Virus record (IMG/VR): IMGVR_UViG_3300005529_000041
Location: 1-60,778 of that record
DNA: 60,778 bases
Reading direction: 5' to 3' (one strand)
Origin: a virus
Lineage: Duplodnaviria > Caudoviricetes
Shown here piece after piece: positions 54,321-60,778 of this stretch. Position numbers and translations under genes: made by a program. The first letter of the stretch is position 1, and each line of letters starts with the position of its first letter. The notes below the pieces were generated by a model. It worked only from the letters and a program-made list of their open reading frames with translations. It was not told where the DNA came from and searched no databases.

Positions 54321-55238
54321 ATGGCCGACGAGCAGGTCATTCAGGATCCGGCTGGGGGCATCCATCGCTTTCCTGCGGAATGGACGCCAGCGCAAATCCA
54401 TGAGGAAATGACGCAGCGTTGGAATGATGCTCACCGCGGCGCTCAGCTTGTGCCCGGTCAATCAACGCAACCTCCCGGCACGCGCCCCGGCGGCTTCCAA
54501 CCACAGACCACGGCGCCGGAGGCCAGCATGGCGCCACTATCTCCGGAGGCCGAGCGCGCCAAGCGCATCATGATGCTGAAGACCATGCAGGGCGACAGAG
54601 CCGGCGTCATGGGAGCCACCAATCTCCTGCATTCGGAGCCGACCTACGTTCACCAGCAGGAGCAGTCGAAGAAATTGGGAGACTTGGCTGCCGAGCAGGC
54701 GGTGCGGCAGAGCGCTGGCAAGGCAATTCTTCCCGGAGTGGATGCGCTCCGATACATGATAGATCAGGCCTCAAAAGAGGATTGGGCTAACGCTGCGGGC
54801 GCCTACAATACAACGAAGATGCCGGCTCGTTCCGAGGTGCCTTTGTCATGGGGTGCTTGGAATGCTCCGGAAATGACGCCCACACAGGCGCGAGCGTCTT
54901 TCGGCTATTCTTGGGATAATCCAGCGAATCAAAGAGCATGGAACCTGCAGAACAATCTTGAGCATTTGATCGGCGCCCTTACGGATCAATATGTGTCTGC
55001 CGCTGGAAAAGGAATTGCCGGATCGGATGCGCGCATGGAGCTGTTCCGCGATCTGATGGGAGCCGTAAAGCGCGCTTCTACGCAACAGGAGGCCAAGGGG
55101 ATTCTCGATACTGCCGAAAATTCCATCCGTGATATGTTCAGGCTCCCAGCGCGCGTGCGCAATGATGAGGACTATAAACATCTTCCATCTGGCCGGGAGT
55201 TCGAAGGGCCTGACGGCAGGCTGCGGAGAAAGCCGTAA
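54321..55238 (+). CDS. Putative ejection protein
   Basis: Helical; ends DYKHLPSGREFEGPDGRLRRKP. Confidence 0.65.
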   Translation: MADEQVIQDPAGGIHRFPAEWTPAQIHEEMTQRWNDAHRGAQLVPGQSTQPPGTRPGGFQPQTTAPEASMAPLSPEAERAKRIMMLKTMQGDRAGVMGATNLLHSEPTYVHQQEQSKKLGDLAAEQAVRQSAGKAILPGVDALRYMIDQASKEDWANAAGAYNTTKMPARSEVPLSWGAWNAPEMTPTQARASFGYSWDNPANQRAWNLQNNLEHLIGALTDQYVSAAGKGIAGSDARMELFRDLMGAVKRASTQQEAKGILDTAENSIRDMFRLPARVRNDEDYKHLPSGREFEGPDGRLRRKP

Positions 55239-57682
55239 TGGCAGGCTGGGAAGACGCACCGATTGTCGAGTCGCCAAGTGGCGCTCCCAAGGCCGCATGG
55301 GAGCGCGCGCCTGTGACGGGCGGTGACAATCAGCCCATTCGGCAAGAGGCGGCGCCGCCTTCATCTCCAGATGCCGCAGGCCCGAGAAGAGCAACTTTGG
55401 AGTCGGCCTCGTCTGCTGGTCCCGGCGCCGCTCTGCAGGGTATGCACGACCTCGAAGCCGCAGCCCTGCAAGGCGTCAACCCGTATGCGACTTCCAAATA
55501 TTTCCCCTCCAGCCCAGAGATGAAGCCGCAGCTATTGGGCCACATAGAGGAATACGACTGGGGGCCAGGATACAGGATGGGAGACGCCAAGGATGGCGCT
55601 ATCCTGCGGGTCAATCCGCAGACGGATTTCATCGCGCGCAATCCTGATACGGGACGGCTCGCCGTCTACAGCCGGACGCCTCAAACGGATGAAAATCGTT
55701 TCGTTTCGGCATCGCGGCTCATCGCACCGAATCTTGCGGTGGGTCCAGTCACCAGTTCGATCCGCGCCATTCCCGAGGCAGCGCAGGTTGCTGCGCAGAC
55801 GTTGCCGCATAGCAGCGCGGCTCCGCCCGCAATCGTGGCGGGTGCGCGCACTCCGGGAATGGCTGGGACCGCCGCTGGCGCTCAGTTGGCCGCACAACGG
55901 GCTGCGGATGCCGCGCGAGACATTGAATCCTTTGAGCGTCTAGGAGTGCGCAAGCCGCCGATCGCCTTCAGTGAGGGCCCTGTTGCGGCGACAGGACAGA
56001 TGGTGTCGCGCATCCCTTATCTCGGCGCTCCAATCCATCGCTCGCTGACCGAAGCAGTAGCCGGAGCTGCCGAAGCAGCACGCAACATTTCAGGAGAGAT
56101 GGCGCCAGCCGCAAGCGCCGAGCGCGCTGGTCAAACGCTCCAGCAGGGATTGGACCGCTTCCGCACAGCGGGCGTGCGCGAACTCGAGCCGGGAGTGCTG
56201 TCGCAACAGGGCATCGAAGCGCGCGCTCCGGTTCAGCCGCGGCCGTTCATGTCTGCTGGAGCCTTGGAGCGGGCACAGCAGGCGGGACCGATTCGTGAAG
56301 AGCTAGGAGGAGGGTTCGCCCAGACCAACCGCAGCGTCCAGGTGCCAGCCGCCAGGCCACTGGATCAGACGCTCATGGCGCGGCGCGGCGCCGAGGACTT
56401 GAGCGACGCCGAACTTGCAAGGCTTATACGAGCCCCCGCCCAGGATACATCATTTGCCGCTCGATCCGAGGCTCTGTATGAAAAAGCGTGGCGCTCTGTT
56501 CCATCGTTTATGCGGATTGACGAAAGCGCCAATCCGACGCGCTTGGCAGCCACCAATACACGGGCGGCTCTCGGCCAAGTAGACAGAGCAATTGCCAACC
56601 AGATTGCAGGCCAAGGAACCATCAGCGGCGACCTTGCCGCACGCATTCGCAACCCGAGTGCGCATTTCAGCTTGGACGATCTGCGCGCCGTTCGCACCGA
56701 AGTTGGGCGAGCGTTGTCAAACTTCAGCCCTTATCAAGCAACCCTTGACCGAGGCCAGCTGCGTTCTCTTTATGCGGCGCTGTCTCGCGACATAGAAATC
56801 GGTCTGCAAGACATTGCCAACCGCGCATACTTGCGCACGCGCGTGAGCAACAACCGTCCGGACTACGTTGCGCCGGAAGTAGCGCTAAGGGCTGACCAGG
56901 CGTTGCGGGACTTTCGCACGGCAGATCGCTACTTCCGCCAAGGCATCGACCGCATGGATCGCTTTGCCAAGGTGGCGGGAATGGACAATCCCCAAGCGGC
57001 GGCAGGCATGCTCATGCGCTCTGCGCTGGACGGCACAAAAGGCAACATGGGGATGCTGCGCTCAGCCATGGCGGCGTTGCGGCCAGAGGAAAGAAGGCAA
57101 TTCTCGGCCTTGATGCTGGACGAGATGGGCAAGCCTACACCTAGCGCGCGCGGCATTGTCGAGCAGGTAGGATTCTCGCCAACGTCATTCATGACGCGCT
57201 GGAACCGGCTTGATCCCGGCGCCAAAGAATTGCTGTTTGGTGGAGAATTCCGGCAGGCAATGGATGATCTTACTCGCGTCGCCAGCCGACTTTCCAACCA
57301 GGAAGCACTTGCCAACACTTCCCGCTCCGGCACGGACATCATCAATTTTCTAATGATGGCTGGCGGGGGCGCCCTGTTCATGAGCAAGCAATTCGGCGCT
57401 CTTGCGGCGCTTGCGGGGCCGACTGCTGCCTTTTCGTTCTTGATGTCACGTCCTGCCTATGTCCGCTGGATCGCTCAGTATGCGCGTCTACGCGCCGCGA
57501 CTTTGCGGGCTCCGGTAAGCGATGCGGCGCCTAGAGCCTTGGTCCTCGTCAACCAGCTCCATCGGATGGCGCTGAAGGACCCGTCGTTGCTTCCAGCCTA
57601 TCGGGCTGTGGCGGCGGAACACGGGATCGGCGAAAGCCGCGAGGAGAAGAAGTCCGTAGAAGGTCAGCCCAGGCTCCACTAG
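55238..57682 (+). CDS. Large putative ejection protein
   Basis: 814-aa Ala/Arg-rich helical protein; begins MAGWEDAP; ANTSRSG near the C-terminus. Confidence 0.7.
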   Translation: MAGWEDAPIVESPSGAPKAAWERAPVTGGDNQPIRQEAAPPSSPDAAGPRRATLESASSAGPGAALQGMHDLEAAALQGVNPYATSKYFPSSPEMKPQLLGHIEEYDWGPGYRMGDAKDGAILRVNPQTDFIARNPDTGRLAVYSRTPQTDENRFVSASRLIAPNLAVGPVTSSIRAIPEAAQVAAQTLPHSSAAPPAIVAGARTPGMAGTAAGAQLAAQRAADAARDIESFERLGVRKPPIAFSEGPVAATGQMVSRIPYLGAPIHRSLTEAVAGAAEAARNISGEMAPAASAERAGQTLQQGLDRFRTAGVRELEPGVLSQQGIEARAPVQPRPFMSAGALERAQQAGPIREELGGGFAQTNRSVQVPAARPLDQTLMARRGAEDLSDAELARLIRAPAQDTSFAARSEALYEKAWRSVPSFMRIDESANPTRLAATNTRAALGQVDRAIANQIAGQGTISGDLAARIRNPSAHFSLDDLRAVRTEVGRALSNFSPYQATLDRGQLRSLYAALSRDIEIGLQDIANRAYLRTRVSNNRPDYVAPEVALRADQALRDFRTADRYFRQGIDRMDRFAKVAGMDNPQAAAGMLMRSALDGTKGNMGMLRSAMAALRPEERRQFSALMLDEMGKPTPSARGIVEQVGFSPTSFMTRWNRLDPGAKELLFGGEFRQAMDDLTRVASRLSNQEALANTSRSGTDIINFLMMAGGGALFMSKQFGALAALAGPTAAFSFLMSRPAYVRWIAQYARLRAATLRAPVSDAAPRALVLVNQLHRMALKDPSLLPAYRAVAAEHGIGESREEKKSVEGQPRLH

Positions 57683-57842
57683 TGCAGCGATGAAAAGAAC
57701 GCAGCGTGTTGTGTTCTTCAGCATGATGTCGCTCGCCTAGTCGTCGAAGAAACTCCTAACCTAGCGCCATCTCCCTTGTGAAGCGAGACATCATTCTCGG
57801 CCTTCTCGGAGGGCTGGCGGTAGCTATCGGCTGGTTCACGCT

Positions 57843-58682
57843 ATGATGGATCGCTTTCCCGCTTGCCTCGCTGAAACCCTCAAGCTCGAGGGCGGCTACA
57901 GCAATATAAAGGAGGACCCTGGTGGCCCGACCATGTGCGGCATCATCCAGGTTGAGTACGATGCCTACCGTGATCGCTGCAAGCTGCCGCGGCAGAGCGT
58001 GCGCAAAATCACTCGCGAGGAATACACGGCGATCTACCGGGCCAACTACTGGGTGCCGATGCGGGCCGACGAGTTGCCGCCTGGCATCGATCTGGCGGCC
58101 TGGGACATGGCTGTGAACTCGGGATGCGGCCAGGCCATCAAATCGCTGCAGCGGGTGCTTGGTGTCGCGATCGATGGGCATCTCGGCTCGCTGACCATGG
58201 ATGCCATCCACAGGGCGGAGCCGACCCAGCTGATCCATGCCTACATGAATGAACGGCGCCGATTTCTCCGCCAGTTGGTAACTTTCTGGCGGTTCGGCCG
58301 AGGCTGGATGGCTCGGTGTGACGAGATCGAGGCGTCTGCTCTTGCGGCCGTGAGCGGCATGCCTGCTCAGTTCCATGCCGCCAGCGTAGAGCCCAGCTAT
58401 CTTCTCCCCGCTGATCCCGACGAGCGGAGTGCTGCGCAAGGCAAGGCCCCCGCCGAAACTCCCGCCCCTCCCGTCACCGCCGAAGCAGGATTGACGCTAG
58501 GGGGCCTCGGAGGGCTCAGCACGGCCGCTCCGCAAGTCATCGAGAAGGCAGCCGCCTCCGGAAAAGTGACCGCCACAAGCCTTCTGCTGGCCGTTCTGAC
58601 GGAACCCCTGTTCTGGGTGGGCATGGTGGCTCTGTGGGGAGCGGTGGCGGCCTACCTCTGGCGCCGGCAGCATCACGCATGA
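57843..58682 (+). CDS. Endolysin, glycoside hydrolase family 108, with C-terminal TM segment
   Basis: EGGYSN..EDPGGPTMCGI, D.AVNSG, DG.LG..T, FGRGW..R. Confidence 0.92.
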   Translation: MMDRFPACLAETLKLEGGYSNIKEDPGGPTMCGIIQVEYDAYRDRCKLPRQSVRKITREEYTAIYRANYWVPMRADELPPGIDLAAWDMAVNSGCGQAIKSLQRVLGVAIDGHLGSLTMDAIHRAEPTQLIHAYMNERRRFLRQLVTFWRFGRGWMARCDEIEASALAAVSGMPAQFHAASVEPSYLLPADPDERSAAQGKAPAETPAPPVTAEAGLTLGGLGGLSTAAPQVIEKAAASGKVTATSLLLAVLTEPLFWVGMVALWGAVAAYLWRRQHHA

Positions 58683-59044
58683 TGTTCCTTCTCTCCCTCA
58701 TCTGGTGGAAGCAGAAGCTGACGGGCGTGACGGCCCAGGCGGTTGGGGTTGTTGTCCTCGTTGCCTTGGTGGTCGGCGGCATCGCCTGGCTCCGCCACGA
58801 TGCCCGCATGGACGAGCGCAATTCCTGGGAACTCCGGATGACCAAGGCCCGCTTGGCTCAGGCTGCCCTCAGAGCCCACAGGGAGAAAACCTCCCTGGCG
58901 ATCGGCTTCAGGGCCGAGAAGGCCCTCGGCGATGAACTCGACGTGCTCGCCAAGCAGAACGAAGAGCTGGAAAGGAAGCTGGCGGAGCGGCCGGTTCGAT
59001 CAGTGTGTTACCCGAAGGAAATCATACAGGGGTTGAATCGGTGA
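58679..59044 (+). CDS. Inner-membrane spanin (Rz-like)
   Basis: N-terminal TM, coiled coil, C-terminal Cys; follows the endolysin. Confidence 0.75.
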   Translation: MMFLLSLIWWKQKLTGVTAQAVGVVVLVALVVGGIAWLRHDARMDERNSWELRMTKARLAQAALRAHREKTSLAIGFRAEKALGDELDVLAKQNEELERKLAERPVRSVCYPKEIIQGLNR

Positions 59045-59346
59045 CGCGCCTGATTTCAACACTCGCGGTCTGCTTCGTTTTTGCCGGCTGCGTCAAAAAC
59101 TCTCAGCCTCCTGTCTATATCACGTCGGAAGCTCCAGAGCTACCCGAACAGTGCTTTCCACAACAAGTGCCGGCCATCCCCGAGCCGAAGCTCAAACCCA
59201 ACCAGGATGCCACCGACATCGATGCAGTAAGAGACCGGGAAGCATGGAAGCGTGCCTACCGCGTCGAGAAGTCCTATCGTTCCACCTGCGCCCAGCGTCT
59301 CAACGTGCTGTTCCCATCGAAAGAGAAGAGCAAGCCGACATCCTGA
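59041..59346 (+). CDS. Outer-membrane lipoprotein spanin (Rz1-like)
   Basis: Lipobox FAGC; Pro-rich. Confidence 0.8.
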   Translation: MTRLISTLAVCFVFAGCVKNSQPPVYITSEAPELPEQCFPQQVPAIPEPKLKPNQDATDIDAVRDREAWKRAYRVEKSYRSTCAQRLNVLFPSKEKSKPTS

Positions 59347-59361
59347 GGCCTAGAATGCGAC

Positions 59362-59688
59362 ATGGAGCTCGACAGAATAATTTTGATGCGCCAGCGTCAT
59401 CTCTTGGAGAGGCTGAAGCATCACCATGGCCGCCTGGAAGAGCATCATGGGCGCATTACCACGCTGGAATCGGCACCCAGCAAATCCAGCCTCTTGAACA
59501 GAACGACCAAGCTGGCGGAGGTCGGTGGTCAGATATATTCCCTTCTGCGGACCCTGTATCAAGCCTGGCCGCTCCTGGTGGCGCTGGCAATGGGAGCTTG
59601 GAAGCTACTATGGCCAGCGGTGCTTTGGCTCTGGCAGGAGTTGCTGCACGGAGTCAGACTGCTCGTCGCCTTGGGCATGCAGCATTGA
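59362..59688 (+). CDS. Coiled-coil + TM protein (holin candidate)
   Basis: HGRITTLE coil followed by a hydrophobic C-terminal half. Confidence 0.55.
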   Translation: MELDRIILMRQRHLLERLKHHHGRLEEHHGRITTLESAPSKSSLLNRTTKLAEVGGQIYSLLRTLYQAWPLLVALAMGAWKLLWPAVLWLWQELLHGVRLLVALGMQH

Positions 59689-59792
59689 GAGCGTGGCGCT
59701 GGTACGCGGAAAGCAAGACGCGGCGATGGATCATCAATGTCGTGTCTCTTGCGGCATGCGCGTTGATGGCGGTGTTTGTTTAGCGGTCCCCG

Positions 59793-60035
59793 TTATCGCG
59801 TTCGCGGGTATCGCCGCTTGAGGTCGGCGATTGCTGCCGTTTCCGTGCGCCCGTGACCACTCTTGGTGTCGTCGTCCGCATACTGCGCGACCCACTCCAG
59901 ATGCCAGCCCGGCTCCGGGCGGCGCAGGTCAATCGTGATGATCTGCATCTCGGGCTTCAACTTTTTGAGAAATCGGTCATCGCATCCCGCATCTTCGCAG
60001 ATGCCGCCACTGTCCGTGATAGTGCCATTGCGCAC
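59793..60035 (-). CDS. Hypothetical protein
   Basis: GHGRTETAAIADL motif; start uncertain. Confidence 0.5.
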   Translation of the reverse strand: MRNGTITDSGGICEDAGCDDRFLKKLKPEMQIITIDLRRPEPGWHLEWVAQYADDDTKSGHGRTETAAIADLKRRYPRTR

Positions 60036-60220
60036 TCGGCGAGGCGCGCGAGCTGGCGTAGGATTTCCACCGCGTCGCCAGGATCGGCGGTGAACCGCTT
60101 TTGCATCGCCTCGGCCGCCGCGTCGAGATCGAATGCCATGTCTTCCGCTCTTGCAGCGAGAGCCGCAATATCGGCCGCGGCCAGAGCTTCATTCTTGCGT
60201 GCCATCTGATCGGGCTCCAT
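59957..60220 (-). CDS. Hypothetical protein
   Basis: Ala-rich helical ORF abutting the upstream stop. Confidence 0.55.
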   Translation of the reverse strand: MEPDQMARKNEALAAADIAALAARAEDMAFDLDAAAEAMQKRFTADPGDAVEILRQLARLAECAMALSRTVAASAKMRDAMTDFSKS

Positions 60221-60430
60221 TTATGCTTCGGGCTCGAAGCCCATGTCTCTGATGTCGCGGCGCAGCTGATCTGCCTGCAGATCGTACACTGCGCGTCGTC
60301 TCGCCTGCTCTTGCTCGTGCTCAATCCGCTCTTTCTGGTGCCGCAGCGTGCGATAGGGTTCTGGCTCCGCCATGCGGCGCAAGTGCTCGTCCTTCATGCG
60401 CTCAAGCTCGAATATACTCATGCGTCGCAT
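60221..60430 (-). CDS. Hypothetical protein
   Basis: GAGGA RBS; charged helix. Confidence 0.6.
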   Translation of the reverse strand: MRRMSIFELERMKDEHLRRMAEPEPYRTLRHQKERIEHEQEQARRRAVYDLQADQLRRDIRDMGFEPEA

Positions 60431-60448
60431 GGCAGTCTTTCCTCGCTC

Positions 60449-60646
60449 TCAATCCGGGATCACGGGCTCGATGCCGAAGTAAGCGATGCCGGCATTGTAC
60501 AGACGATGGCTGTTCTCGCTGCTCTGCATCTGCAGCCACGCGAGCAAAGCCGCCTCCATCTCTACCTCTTGCGCTTTGCGGATGCGCTCGCGCTCTGCTC
60601 GCGTATTTATGCGGGCCAGGACTTGACTTTCGGGCGTGCGCGACAT
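60449..60646 (-). CDS. Hypothetical protein
   Basis: GAGG RBS before MSRTPESQ. Confidence 0.55.
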   Translation of the reverse strand: MSRTPESQVLARINTRAERERIRKAQEVEMEAALLAWLQMQSSENSHRLYNAGIAYFGIEPVIPD

Positions 60647-60659
60647 CGGGCCTCTCGTC

Positions 60660-60778
60660 TCAGACTTCCATCCGGCCTTCGGCGGTCGCCGGATGCGGCA
60701 ACGGTCCCTCGTGCTCGCACACTGCGCCCAGATCGCGCATGTCGAAGTAGCCGCCACATGCTCTGCACTGCATGTAGT
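60660..60778 (-). CDS. 3' end of a small CxxC protein (truncated by window edge)
   Basis: YMQCRACGGYFDMRDLGAVCEHEGPLPHP...*. Confidence 0.5.
   Translation of the reverse strand, partial: YMQCRACGGYFDMRDLGAVCEHEGPLPHPATAEGRMEV

Noticed and set aside
57488-57724. Minus-strand membrane ORF (MLKNTTRCVLFIAAL...) as a superinfection/immunity gene
   Set aside because: Mostly overlaps the 3' end of the large ejection gene, with no clear RBS or promoter; cannot be supported

Overview
The whole window is a temperate, podovirus-like (P22/lambdoid-organised) bacteriophage segment, most likely infecting an alphaproteobacterium (Hyphomicrobiales-like). The host inference rests on a GcrA homologue, an Omp25/RopB-type barrel and high GC3. 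The tRNA-Val(TAC) 3' fragment at 1402-1456 has phage-like genes on both sides and the integrase ends just beside it, so it reads as attP (non-integrated configuration). Gene order: attP, int/xis, early-left operon (HNH, HAD phosphatase, YqaJ exonuclease, ERF, Gly-Tyr repeat protein with a DUF6948-like partner), cI/cro switch with TTGCG-N5-CGCAA operators, early-right operon (GcrA, DnaB, initiator with iterons, OMP, DNA methyltransferase, NusG paralogue), late operon (terminase, portal, GroES, scaffold, capsid, tail/spike proteins, ejection proteins, GH108 endolysin, spanins), then small minus-strand genes. Most notable: (1) a complete hammerhead ribozyme core whose stem I opens into a perfect four-way junction, just upstream of the late genes; (2) a [FYR]-[AKD]-x-G-G-x-[VI] motif repeated about 15-18 times across five late proteins, bracketing segments with foreign-looking codon usage, a candidate head-packaging/processing signal for swappable cargo; (3) a Sm-like/prion-like gene pair followed by a structured RNA; (4) several highly structured intergenic RNAs and an apparent ATC start codon. 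All product calls come from motif recognition and synteny by eye; no searches were run.
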